Source: a virus
Direction: 5' to 3' (one strand)
IMG/VR virus record: IMGVR_UViG_3300003690_002850
Span: 1-64,000 of that record
DNA length: 64,000 nt
Both the position numbers and the translations under genes were made by a program. Shown here piece by piece: positions 37,851 to 48,388 of this stretch. A model generated the notes under the pieces. The model was not told where the DNA came from. It was given only the letters and a program-made list of their open reading frames with translations, and made no database searches. Position 1 is the stretch's first letter. Every line of letters starts with the position of its first letter.

Positions 37851-37856
37851 GATATA

Positions 37857-39974
37857 TTAATTTGGCATAACGGGCACGTACCTCGGCATACTATACTGTT
37901 GATGAGTTTGATCTAGAACGTTATCATCGCCGACCTTCTCGAGGACCGTAATTGGTGATCCCACTGTTCTATTTTGTTGTTCGGCATGCCGATCTAACCA
38001 TTGCATAAGAGTTTTGCTATTTGCATTTAAAGATTCTCGCATTATTCGTTGAGTATCCTCCGTTCTCTTTTGTAGTTGAGCTCTACCATGGTCGGTCGAG
38101 AGCATTGTCGCTTCTTCTTGGCGGTGTTGTGCGAGATCGACATGATCAGATTTAAACTCATGTGCAGTCATGTCATATTCTGCAGCTAAAAGCTTTACGT
38201 TCTTGTCTGTCATATACGGTAAGTCAGACGGTTTAATAATATCTGCCTCCCATAGCGCAGCTAATCTCTTTCCCTTTATTTTGTCAACGTTAGCACTCGT
38301 AGTATAAGTTAGATCTTTTTTTGTAGATTCTCTCGAGGCTCGATTCGCTTCTGATTTCCTATGTTCTTCGCGCTGTTTCCATGTTATACGTTCTTTACTA
38401 TCCTTTGTAAGCTTATATGCTTTACGAGTAGAAACTTCTTTAAGAGAGGTAGAGATTACTTTTAACATTGTTAAGTTTTGTGTTAAGAGTTCTTCTGTTT
38501 GCATGTACCGCTTTACACCGGGTCTTTCAGCTCCTACCGGTGCCCATCCCGGGAAACCATATGGATACTGAAGACCATCATCATTCATTTGTATATTTTT
38601 TATTTGTGTCATCCGGGCTTTATGGTAACTCTTATATGTATATCCAGCAATTTTTCGGTCCGTGGCCCTGTAGCCTCCCTGTGGATCCATCAATGCAGCC
38701 TCGTGCTTTCCAGCTAGTACAGGAGCTGCAAGGGCAGCTTGTAGTGCTGTGTCTGAAAGTAACTCGATTGAGGCAGCAGGGTTAAGTAACAGGAGACCAG
38801 CTTTACCTGCGTAACCTGCCTCCTGAAATTCCTCTTTAAAATCTTGGAATGCACTTGCATCTGTCATTAGCTCATGTACATCTGTTACTGTGAACCCTAA
38901 TTCAACTAGTAAACCAACAAAAGGAATTGGTTTTGTCCAAGCCCTAAATCCTGTTTTTGCTATAGCTTTACTAGCGTTTTTTCCAAGAGCTTTGTTAAAT
39001 GCTTTATTTACTCCTCTTCCAGCGCCCGGTACCCTTGACACTAATTTACCGGTGAGATTATCTACAATTCCTACAATTTTACCAGCTTTAAAATGAACCA
39101 CACCAGCGCGAGTCATTTTTGTTCCAGTATAACCTCTTAATCTTGTATATGTGAAGGCGGATCCCTTTCCAATATTCGAAGCATATGTCTTCATCCTTCT
39201 TTGTGAGTAGAATGGTGATGTTATACCTCTGGCCATGCCAGCTAAACGGGCACGCCCTCCTTTATATAACAGTTGTGACCCTGCCGCTAGCGGCACACCA
39301 TAGTCAACTGCGGCTTTTCCTAATCCGCCCATTACCCCAGTTCCTTCGAAACGATCCCAACCACCCATACTTGGTCGGCCAGGACTCCCGAGGCCATGTT
39401 CAGCATAATCTCGACCTAGTTTCATTGCAAGTAATATAGGTAATGCGGTTGATAATGCTCCTCCAATTTTATATAACATTTGAGGAATACCGAATGCTGT
39501 AAGGGCACTTCCTCCTGCTGCGTATGCTAGGTTTCGCATAGAAAAAAGATGTCCTTTATTAGATTTTTTTAAGATCTCTTCTAAGCCATCTTTTGACATT
39601 GACGCTATAGGAGCACCTCCACCACCTTTTGGTCGTTTAGTAGCTCCTGATAACCCAGGACCTCCTGGACTCATTTTTCTTAATTCATCAAGTTGTAGTC
39701 TATTGATGTCTATTAATTTTTGTATTCCACCTAATTTGTTATCTATACTTGAAAGATGTGTTTTAGAAGATTTACTATGAGTTTCATCTTTTAATAAAAG
39801 TTTTGATAGAGCACTTTTTGCTCCAAATAATGTAACAAAGTCAGTATTTAGCTGAGTTATTGCCGTTTTTGTGTCCTCGGTATTACGATCGACATCAGCG
39901 AGCCCGGCTGCTACGTTTTCTAGCGCTTTTGCTATGCGATTTATTAATTGTACACCTATAGTCTCTTCAGCCAT
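37857..39974 (-). CDS. Tape-measure-like protein
   Basis: 705 aa, G/A/K-rich helical with hydrophobic segments, KPIPFVGLLV; synteny. Confidence 0.55.
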   Translation of the reverse strand: MAEETIGVQLINRIAKALENVAAGLADVDRNTEDTKTAITQLNTDFVTLFGAKSALSKLLLKDETHSKSSKTHLSSIDNKLGGIQKLIDINRLQLDELRKMSPGGPGLSGATKRPKGGGGAPIASMSKDGLEEILKKSNKGHLFSMRNLAYAAGGSALTAFGIPQMLYKIGGALSTALPILLAMKLGRDYAEHGLGSPGRPSMGGWDRFEGTGVMGGLGKAAVDYGVPLAAGSQLLYKGGRARLAGMARGITSPFYSQRRMKTYASNIGKGSAFTYTRLRGYTGTKMTRAGVVHFKAGKIVGIVDNLTGKLVSRVPGAGRGVNKAFNKALGKNASKAIAKTGFRAWTKPIPFVGLLVELGFTVTDVHELMTDASAFQDFKEEFQEAGYAGKAGLLLLNPAASIELLSDTALQAALAAPVLAGKHEAALMDPQGGYRATDRKIAGYTYKSYHKARMTQIKNIQMNDDGLQYPYGFPGWAPVGAERPGVKRYMQTEELLTQNLTMLKVISTSLKEVSTRKAYKLTKDSKERITWKQREEHRKSEANRASRESTKKDLTYTTSANVDKIKGKRLAALWEADIIKPSDLPYMTDKNVKLLAAEYDMTAHEFKSDHVDLAQHRQEEATMLSTDHGRAQLQKRTEDTQRIMRESLNANSKTLMQWLDRHAEQQNRTVGSPITVLEKVGDDNVLDQTHQQYSMPRYVPVMPN

Positions 39975-39998
39975 GTCTATAGATATTTAATTTAAAAA

Positions 39999-40676
39999 TC
40001 AATAAAAAGAGGAATAATCGGCTTCAAGTAAGCGTGTATTAGCTACTTTTTCAAGAACTTTAGATACTGTTTTTGCAATTTCTCGGAGATGTTCTATATC
40101 GAATAATAAAAATAGTTTATGTAATTCCTGTATAGATATATTGTCTATAAGATATTCGTGCTTATCAATATCTATTGAATGTAAGAATCTAAAAACATCA
40201 AAAAATATTATATCCATATCAGTTTTTTCTTTGGCTTCTTCCAACAAAAATGTTAATATTGTATTTTCTTCTTCTAAAGTAGGTTGTTTAAATTTAATTA
40301 AAGGTTGTATGTTATTTAAATTAAGTTTTAATTTGATATCGTTTAATTTATCCATACATTTTAAATCTTCTGAGAGGTTAGAAGAATTATCAGAAGACTC
40401 TATATCTTTTTTCCAAAAATCAAGAAGAAATAATTTATCTCTATGAGTGAATGTTCTTTCTGAATGAAGCTCAATTATGTACTTGTTCATAAATTTAATG
40501 TATTCAAGTACAAAAAGATTATCAACATTTTTCGCATCATCCGGGAGATTGGTAAAATGAGAATGTAGTTTGGTTTGAAAATGTACATTTAATTTGTTTA
40601 AAGTTATTTCCTTACTATCCGGAAGTATAACATTAGTTGTACATAAATTTTTAAATTTATTTAATAGATCAGTCAT
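39999..40676 (-). CDS. Baseplate hub assembly protein (gp26-like, tentative)
   Basis: VILPDSKEI, IKFKQPTLEEE; position between tube genes and TMP. Confidence 0.45.
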   Translation of the reverse strand: MTDLLNKFKNLCTTNVILPDSKEITLNKLNVHFQTKLHSHFTNLPDDAKNVDNLFVLEYIKFMNKYIIELHSERTFTHRDKLFLLDFWKKDIESSDNSSNLSEDLKCMDKLNDIKLKLNLNNIQPLIKFKQPTLEEENTILTFLLEEAKEKTDMDIIFFDVFRFLHSIDIDKHEYLIDNISIQELHKLFLLFDIEHLREIAKTVSKVLEKVANTRLLEADYSSFY

Positions 40677-41340
40677 CTTTATTGAGTTTTAAATTAATTA
40701 TTTTTACATATGCATTTATTGAATTTATTGTAATATTATTAAAATCTTGATATGTAAAATTATATTGTTTCATGAGAAGTAACTGCTGTTGTATTAAACT
40801 GTCATAATCTTGAACGAAACACAAATATATTATATTTATAATTATATCTTTATGATATAGAAATCCACTATTATATTTTTCACTTACATAATACACATAC
40901 ATTTCATTTAATTTATTAAGATATGTTTGTATATATGGTGTACATTTTTTTACCAACGATAAAGGTATATAATCATAGTTGCTCGGATTAACATCTAAGA
41001 ATACATTTTGATATTGAATTTTTTTAATACAAGAGGCAGGTAATGTTGAGCCTGTGCTCGGATATCCTATAGTAATTTTGTAATTGTCAATATGATAAAT
41101 ATCTTCTTTATCCAGAGGTACGTTTTTAAGAAAATCGTCTTTATAAATTATTAATTCTTTTTTTGATATATCTAATTTTATACAATCGTTAGTTTCTATA
41201 AATTTTTCAGCTTTACATTTTTTCAAAAAATCTATAATATTTTTACTTGGTAGTTTTTTGGTAATATATGAAAATACTTTATCGTATTGTTTATGTTTAT
41301 AAAGCTTAGAAACTTCTAATACGTCGTTATAACTTATCAT
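40669..41340 (-). CDS. Baseplate hub assembly protein (gp26/gp51-like, tentative)
   Basis: ITIGYP and LLMKQYNFTYQDF motifs; synteny. Confidence 0.4.
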   Translation of the reverse strand: MISYNDVLEVSKLYKHKQYDKVFSYITKKLPSKNIIDFLKKCKAEKFIETNDCIKLDISKKELIIYKDDFLKNVPLDKEDIYHIDNYKITIGYPSTGSTLPASCIKKIQYQNVFLDVNPSNYDYIPLSLVKKCTPYIQTYLNKLNEMYVYYVSEKYNSGFLYHKDIIINIIYLCFVQDYDSLIQQQLLLMKQYNFTYQDFNNITINSINAYVKIINLKLNKDD

Positions 41341-41347
41341 TTAATTT

Positions 41348-42859
41348 TTAACCACCACCGCCACCGCCTTTTTTCTTCTCTTGTTCAATTCGTTCTTGTT
41401 GTTGTTTCGTCCATTTATCTACTTCAACAGGGTTAAACGGTATCTCTATAGTAGGTTTTGTGCTTTTCTTCGAAGTAGCGCTAGCTTGGCGCATATCTTC
41501 CCCTGTTGCTTTTATGTTGGCGTGCAGATCACGAACTTGCTCCGTTATTGATTTTGGTGGAGGTGCTAGCGCTTTGGCGGCCTTTGCGGCCGCAGCATCC
41601 GCGGCATCTTTTGCCCATGATACTTTCAAGCGTTCCATCACAGTCGTAATCGGCGGCCCTTCATGTACTTTTGGTACTTTTGTCATCGGGTTGGGTTTAC
41701 CCTCGGCCTTCGCTTTAGCTGCTTCCCGGGCATCTCTTGCCCAGGATTCTTTCAAGCGTTCCGTCACAGTCGTGATCCTTTCCCCCTCTGGGCCGCGCTC
41801 ATGAACTCGGCCTCCAGTTTTTAAAGGATCAAATAATGGTTCTATCCTAACATCTGTTTTCTTAGAAGTAGCGCTACCTTGCAGCATATCTTCCTTAGCG
41901 AGTTGTACGTTTTTCTCTGCAGCATCGAGTGTTAAATCTTCACCTCGTTTTAATCTATCCTGTTCTTCTTCTTTAGGTTCCTCAGTAGTATCATTAATAG
42001 GTTTTTGAGGAGCTGGTTCTTTTTGGTTGGACTGTAAAGAAAATTCAGCATCAGCATCAATTTCTTGTTGATCTAATGGTCCTCCATTAGGAAGATATGG
42101 AATTTCATGTTCTGTTGGTACCGGCATAAAATCTTCCATAATACCTTTTGCTAAGTTCGCACCTCGTACTGGTATACGGACATCGTATTTAGAAAATCTC
42201 CAACCTACTGCTATAGAGCCTAATTTTGTATCACCATCATACTCTGCAACATTAGCATCTTTTATTACATATGGGATACAATCTTTATATGTATATATTT
42301 TAGTAATCAATGGTGCACTATCATATGGGTTGTCATTTTGCTTCGATATAAAATATATTGATACATCTGTTGATAGTGGTCGGTCTCCTAAGTTACCATA
42401 TACACTGTATAATTGAACCCATGATCTAAATAAACTATCTATAATGCTTATATTAGTTTCAGAGAATTGTATATCTAAATCATTATCAGGAAATTCTCTT
42501 GATTCCATAAAAGGACCAACTGGTAATAATCCATTAATTAATGTACCTCTATTATTTACAGATGTAGTTTCCGTAGTAAGATTAACCCCTGTTGCTAAAA
42601 ACATCCAATTATTCCCACCACCAAAAAACGGTTCAAATACTTGTTTTTTAGCTAAATTCAAGCCAGTTGAGTTACCAGTACCGGGTCGTATTCCTAACTC
42701 ATTTACATTTGATTCTAGTACATAACCTGGTAGTTCATGAATTTGGACTAGAAAGAAATTTTGTGCAGCAGGGAAAGTTGAAAACTGTAGTAAAAGTTCA
42801 TAGAACTTTTGTCTAAGATCTGTTACACCAGAGCTTTCTAATTGAAGGCCAGCTGCCAT
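41348..42859 (-). CDS. Tail tube-like baseplate junction protein (gp54-like) with repetitive C-terminal extension
   Basis: LDIQFSETNISIIDSLFRSWV, YTYKDCIPY tube-fold motifs; duplicated segments in the tail. Confidence 0.55.
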   Translation of the reverse strand: MAAGLQLESSGVTDLRQKFYELLLQFSTFPAAQNFFLVQIHELPGYVLESNVNELGIRPGTGNSTGLNLAKKQVFEPFFGGGNNWMFLATGVNLTTETTSVNNRGTLINGLLPVGPFMESREFPDNDLDIQFSETNISIIDSLFRSWVQLYSVYGNLGDRPLSTDVSIYFISKQNDNPYDSAPLITKIYTYKDCIPYVIKDANVAEYDGDTKLGSIAVGWRFSKYDVRIPVRGANLAKGIMEDFMPVPTEHEIPYLPNGGPLDQQEIDADAEFSLQSNQKEPAPQKPINDTTEEPKEEEQDRLKRGEDLTLDAAEKNVQLAKEDMLQGSATSKKTDVRIEPLFDPLKTGGRVHERGPEGERITTVTERLKESWARDAREAAKAKAEGKPNPMTKVPKVHEGPPITTVMERLKVSWAKDAADAAAAKAAKALAPPPKSITEQVRDLHANIKATGEDMRQASATSKKSTKPTIEIPFNPVEVDKWTKQQQERIEQEKKKGGGGGG

Positions 42860-42878
42860 ATGTAAATATTTAAGGCAA

Positions 42879-43469
42879 TTAACCTACTAGAGCGCCTGCT
42901 AATTTACCGACAGCATTAACAGTACCACGTATAGCAGGATCTCTCCTAAAGAATTGATATGCCATAGCTACAGTAACTGTAGCGACTTCTCCATCCCCAG
43001 ACATCGAATAACCGATCTCACCGCAGTCAACAGGAAAAACACCGTGAAGCTTATATGTACGCATTGGTTCGAATTTAGTGTTTAATTGAACTAATGTAAT
43101 AGTACTATTATTATGAAGGACGCCATCACCTGTAGTAGTTTCGTCATCATATGTTTCAGTTATCCAATTTTCCATTGCAATGCGGGCATTTGTTGTTGCA
43201 TCACAATAAAAATCAATTGTATAAGAATCACTGTTAGTATAAGAAACAGTACCGGGTACTCTAAATTCAAATCCATTATATGGTACTGGTTTTGTCGCAA
43301 TTGTTTTACCAGGGAGCGTTGCAGTTGTAGCATATACTAAATCGTCTTGTGTAAAGACAGGTATACCTTTATTAGCAATATCTAATACGCGGAATTGAAA
43401 GTCACGTGCAAAGTCCCTCGTTTGAGCTACCTTATAAAAATCTTGAATTGTTTGTTTAATATCAGCCAT
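42879..43469 (-). CDS. gp19: Tail tube protein (gp19-like)
   Basis: ARDFQFRV, ATLPG, VPYNG, YKLHGVFP, VAMAYQFF; directly downstream of the sheath. Confidence 0.85.
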   Translation of the reverse strand: MADIKQTIQDFYKVAQTRDFARDFQFRVLDIANKGIPVFTQDDLVYATTATLPGKTIATKPVPYNGFEFRVPGTVSYTNSDSYTIDFYCDATTNARIAMENWITETYDDETTTGDGVLHNNSTITLVQLNTKFEPMRTYKLHGVFPVDCGEIGYSMSGDGEVATVTVAMAYQFFRRDPAIRGTVNAVGKLAGALVG

Positions 43470-43500
43470 GATGTTATAATTATTTAGTGTTTACTTTAAT

Positions 43501-46181
43501 TTATTGTCCAACTATCTCCTGAAAACTAACGTCTGTGTTAACGGCGTAGAAGTTAACCAATATAAATTCTGCGGCACGAACGGGCTTCAAATAGATATCT
43601 ACTCTCAGTTCATTTTGATCGATAACACTAGCAGGGTTATTCCTATCGTCACAAATAATAAGGTAATCATATACACCTTCTGTTTGTTTACAATTTTCAA
43701 ACATCGGTGTTAATGTATTAACAACCTTGTTTCTTGTTAGGAACGTATTAGGTTCAAAGACAAAGAATTTCAATGTCTCTCGTGTTCTTTTCTCTAAGTC
43801 GAGGAACAACCTACGAACATTAATTCTATCAAATGCCGTGGGTGTCCGTTGCAACGTCTTTTGGCCAAATATAACTATTCCTTCACCAGGGAATTGTGTC
43901 ACAGGATTGATTGCAATTCTATATAATTGATCTCTTTGACGTTGTGTCGGGCTAATAGCAATATCATTTACACCACTAACAACACCGCGATTGAATCCAG
44001 CAGGTGCGTACCACGGTGCATATGCTGCATCGTTTTGTGCAAAGATCTTTGCAGCAACTCCAGAGAACGGAATCCAAGTTTGTGTACCACTTGTTCCATC
44101 TCCAACCTTTGCCCAGTTTCCATATGTTGTTGCAAAATTACTATTAGCAACACCAAATTGATGTCTTAAGGGCCAATACACATGCTTACTAAAGTTCTTA
44201 GATTTATCATCTAATACTTTTTGGCCAGGCGCTGAACCTTGAACAACTAATGGTCGGAATGCATCAGCAATAAAAATATGATCTTTTCTAGTCTCACGGG
44301 CAAATGATTCAAATTTATTGAATATAGTTCTATAATCGTCCCTATACCCTATTTGAGTAGTAGTTCCTTTCATGTTGGGATCTGCTGTATAGAATCCTGT
44401 CCCAGTGGTTGCATTACCAACATTTACAAAAGTAGTATCATCAAATGTAGATCCATTACCTAAGGCATGAATTGTTCCTAATCCAGCTTCAACGGTAACA
44501 TCCATTTGAAATACGTCAATATTACTACCAATTTCAAATATTCTAGTTAATTTATCTGGAATACTACCAATATTTTTATTGGGAACAATCCTTGTTCTTT
44601 AGCATAATTAACTGAACCTCTTAGGCCAGCTACCGTACCGCCACGCGCGCTTTGCGCCAAAGTAGCTGTTGTATCCAAAGCAGTTTGTAAGCAACCAGCA
44701 TTTGTACTATTAGTATGAATCGCTCGTACAAACTTTTTAGGTGCACCACCAGCAGCAGTCCACGAACCACTATGGGTACTAATATATGGATTTACTAAAA
44801 CTTTAACATTAGGAGATCCTGTTTCAACATTTTCAATGAAAATTGATTTTTGTCCTCCACCGTTTTCGTCTTGAACTTTTCTAGACGCATCTAATGAACC
44901 AGTATATCCTTCTGCTAAGAATTGTGTTAGTTCAATTTCAGAATTTGAGAATGGAGTATTTCTAATCTTAAAAACACCTAAATTAATTGTATCAATAAAT
45001 TCTGCGCCTAATTCCCACTTGGAAATATTTTCAAGAGATTTACTTACACTACTCTTTTCATCTGTTGCTGATCCAGATAGTGAAAAATCAATTCTTGATG
45101 TCGGTACAGTTGCATACTGCGCTGGTGCTTTATTTCCTGTAGAAGTTGTAGTGTAAACATAAGCTCCTGCAGCATCATATGGTGTTGATGGGTTAGTATG
45201 TGAACTATCTGAAATAGCTGCATAATAACCTTCAAAATTGTCGTTAATATAAGTAGCGCCTTTATTTAAAACAATAATACCAGCTTTACCTAAATCTGTC
45301 GTTGAGGCGGTAAATGTATTAGCAGCGCCAGCAGATAAATCATTTGACCAAGTAATGTTACCATCCTTAACTGCATTATATTGTGTTTCGGTTAATTCAA
45401 TTAGTGTTGGGTTACCGATAACATAGTAATTAGATGAACTTAAGGACTTTGTTGTTCCGTTATTACCATCAAATGTAAACATACCAAAATAGGAAGCAGC
45501 TGTACTGTGTACCTCACCCGCTACTAATGATGTGCCTGTTGCCGTAAGAGCAGAGAACTCAGAAGTTGTACCCCACGATTGGGCCGCTGATGAAATAGCA
45601 GATAATGTTACATTAGTCCGGCTACCGACAGTACCATTATCCACTAATGGTACATAATCGTTTGTCTTTGCAGAAACATAAGTTAAATTATCATTTGCAT
45701 CTTTAAGAATTAATTCGACACCAAGATCTGATCCACCATATGTACCAGACCCGTCGTCAACGAATTGCTCCTGTGTAGCGCTTATCATACCCATAGTATT
45801 TTTATTAAGATATAAAGAACCAGTAGTAGCATTAAATCCTGTAACTGTGGCGGTGTTAAGAGCGTTAACAGGATAAACTAGAGCAGAGTATCTCCGGTCG
45901 CCGGTGTTGCCGCCATAAGGTATACGAGAAACAAACACATTGGCGTCACTATTAAACACTTGACGCGCCGTATGATAAAAATATCTCTCGGCGGAGTTTG
46001 TCGGCTTGCCGTAAATTTCTTGAAACTCTGCGAACGTACCAACATTAAAAATTTCATCTGTTGGCCCTTGATCAGAGAATCCGGCGATAAATACACTTGT
46101 TCCTACTGCGGCAGCGGGACGCTGTGTTAAATCGATTTCCCTTATTTCTACACCTGGTGATTGAATTGTTCGTCTACTCAT
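43501..46181 (-). CDS. gp18: Tail sheath protein (gp18-like), split by a frame break near 44580
   Basis: SPGVEIREID, GPTDE, IYGKP N-term; PWYAPAGFNRG, INPV, GQKTLQ, DRINVRRLF, KPVRAAEFI C-term; start at 46181. Confidence 0.92.
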
Positions 46182-46263
46182 AGTAAAACCTTTACAATTA
46201 TTTATTGTTTTCCGTGGACATATTTTAGTTGATTTGGCAAAATAAGCATTATAATATAAATAT

Positions 46264-47130
46264 ATGAAAGGTATCATTCTAGCTGGTGGTACAGGATCAA
46301 GAGTTTATCCTAGTACTAAAACAGTTTCAAAGCAACTTTTACCGATTTATGATAAACCTACTATCTATTATCCTTTATCGACTTTAATAAAGTTAGGGAT
46401 AAAAGATATAATGATTATTACTAATGCTCAAGCATACCCTCACTTGTTATATTTGTTTCATCAAACAGATAAATTCCGACCATATTTAGGGATTAATTTT
46501 ACTTTTAAAGTACAAATGTATCCTGCTGGTATAGCTGAGGCATTAATTATTGCCGAAGCTTGGCAAGGGGATGATGATGTATGTTTAATCTTAGGAGATA
46601 ATATTTTTACTGGTATACGTAAACCGAAGCTTAATAATGGTACTGAGGCTTGTGTTGTAAGTTATAAGGTTTCAAATCCGTCTGATTATGGTGTTATAGA
46701 GCTTGATGCAACTGAAACAATAGTTTCTATAGAAGAAAAACCAAATGTTCCTGCTAGTAATTTAGCAGTAACAGGTATTTATTTTTATAATAATACAGCA
46801 GGGGAGCGGGCGCGAGCGTTAAAGCCGTCCGCGAGAGGTGAATTAGAAATTACTGATTTAAATAAAAGTTATTTACAGGATAATGTACTAGGTCATAGTA
46901 GTTTAAATAGTAATTATGCCTGGTTTGATACCGGTAATCCTGATGAAATGTTTGCTGCTTCCATGTATGTAAAGTCTATACAAGATAGAACCAATACAAT
47001 GATTGGTTGTATTGAAGGAGAGTCATGGAAACAGGGTAATATTAAATATGAAGAATTACAAAAAATTGTCGATAAAATGCCTGCATGTTCATATAAGACA
47101 AATATTGTAATGAGCTATTATTTTGATTAA
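46264..47130 (+). CDS. rmlA: Glucose-1-phosphate thymidylyltransferase
   Basis: GIILAGGTGSR, SKQLLPIYDKP, LGDNIF, EKP, SARGELEITD, WFDTG. Confidence 0.95.
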   Translation: MKGIILAGGTGSRVYPSTKTVSKQLLPIYDKPTIYYPLSTLIKLGIKDIMIITNAQAYPHLLYLFHQTDKFRPYLGINFTFKVQMYPAGIAEALIIAEAWQGDDDVCLILGDNIFTGIRKPKLNNGTEACVVSYKVSNPSDYGVIELDATETIVSIEEKPNVPASNLAVTGIYFYNNTAGERARALKPSARGELEITDLNKSYLQDNVLGHSSLNSNYAWFDTGNPDEMFAASMYVKSIQDRTNTMIGCIEGESWKQGNIKYEELQKIVDKMPACSYKTNIVMSYYFD

Positions 47131-47138
47131 ATACTTTT

Positions 47139-47378
47139 ATGGCAGATGTTGATGATAAGGTATCTGAAAGCATAGTAGGAAAATATTATGTAGATACGCA
47201 ATGTATTGATTGTGATTTGTGTCGCGAAACAGCAAGAGATAATTTTACCAGGCATTCAGAGGAAGGTTATTCATATGTTTACAAGCAACCTCAAAATGAA
47301 GAAGAAGAGGAGTTATGTAAAGAGGCTATGGAGAATTGTCCAGTCGACGCAATCGGGGATGATGGTGATACTAAATAA
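47139..47378 (+). CDS. Single-cluster Fe-S ferredoxin
   Basis: CIDCDLC ... CPVDAI; TAAATA-5nt-ATG. Confidence 0.9.
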   Translation: MADVDDKVSESIVGKYYVDTQCIDCDLCRETARDNFTRHSEEGYSYVYKQPQNEEEEELCKEAMENCPVDAIGDDGDTK

Positions 47379-47382
47379 CGAA

Positions 47383-47586
47383 ATGCCAAATAAAGAACAC
47401 AACTGTCGTGCACGGGGCCTTGTACACCGAAACGAACGTTGGATTCAAAATTCTACACACGAATATGATCCGTACCACAAGTGGTATGGAATACTTTTAT
47501 ATGCATATAGACAACATGAACTCGATGAGGAAGAAGAAACGGATGGTTGTCCTGTAGAAGCGATAGGTAATGACGGTGATGCTTAA
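47383..47586 (+). CDS. Degenerate ferredoxin paralogue (67 aa)
   Basis: Ends YAYRQHELDEEEETDGCPVEAIGNDGDA but lacks CxxCxxC; TAAATA-5nt-ATG at 47383. Confidence 0.5.
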   Translation: MPNKEHNCRARGLVHRNERWIQNSTHEYDPYHKWYGILLYAYRQHELDEEEETDGCPVEAIGNDGDA

Positions 47587-47798
47587 ATTTGAGTCCCGAC
47601 TGTTCCTTCAATATTATAATATTGTAAGTATTTCTTTACTTCATTAATATCTACAAAATATTCCGGTAACAATTCTCCGTCTTTACTTACCTCTGAACTT
47701 GATACAATAAATTGCCCAGTCCTTTCTATAATAACTGTTTTATTTTTTATATTATATATAAAGTCAGGGTATGATTCTAATAGTCGCCTCATATTCAT
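47583..47798 (-). CDS. Hypothetical protein
   Basis: 71-aa ORF directly after the gp3-like gene. Confidence 0.55.
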   Translation of the reverse strand: MNMRRLLESYPDFIYNIKNKTVIIERTGQFIVSSSEVSKDGELLPEYFVDINEVKKYLQYYNIEGTVGTQI

Positions 47799-47800
47799 AA

Positions 47801-48388
47801 TTAAATTAATTTTGCTTCTAGTCTTGTAAACTCAAAAGTAGCAGCTGAAGTAATTTCTTCACTAATAGCATAGTTCCATTTAATTTCGGTTAATTTAGTT
47901 GGAAAGGCTCCAATATAGTCCCATTGGATTTTACGGTTTTCATATTCATCTAAACCGTATACTGTTAAATTAGATGAATATATAGGAAGTTGTTGAGAAG
48001 GACTCATTAACTCTTGAGCCGATTTATATTTTATAATATCATCTTCATTAAAATTACCAGTTTTAATATCATTAATAATATCAAGCCATTTATATATTGC
48101 CCAATAATTTTTAAATTCGTTATCAATTTTAAAATCTATATTTAAAGATTCATATGACGGGCGAGCGTGAGAGCTAACTTTTATAGTTTGTGCTCCATAT
48201 GGAACAGTTTTTTCAGGTATACTAATAGTAGGTGTAACAGCTCCAGCAATACTAATTTCTAAGCTATTAGCGTCAATTCTATTTGTATTTCTAGTTATAT
48301 TATCTACGATATTTTTTATACCTTCGGGTAAGTTTAAAATTAGTATAAATTTATCTTGTCTATTTTTATTAAGTGGTGCTTGGTTCAT
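47801..48388 (-). CDS. Tail completion/tube-terminator protein (gp3-like)
   Basis: YESLNIDFKIDNEFKNYWAIYKWL, GAFPTKL motifs. Confidence 0.65.
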   Translation of the reverse strand: MNQAPLNKNRQDKFILILNLPEGIKNIVDNITRNTNRIDANSLEISIAGAVTPTISIPEKTVPYGAQTIKVSSHARPSYESLNIDFKIDNEFKNYWAIYKWLDIINDIKTGNFNEDDIIKYKSAQELMSPSQQLPIYSSNLTVYGLDEYENRKIQWDYIGAFPTKLTEIKWNYAISEEITSAATFEFTRLEAKLI

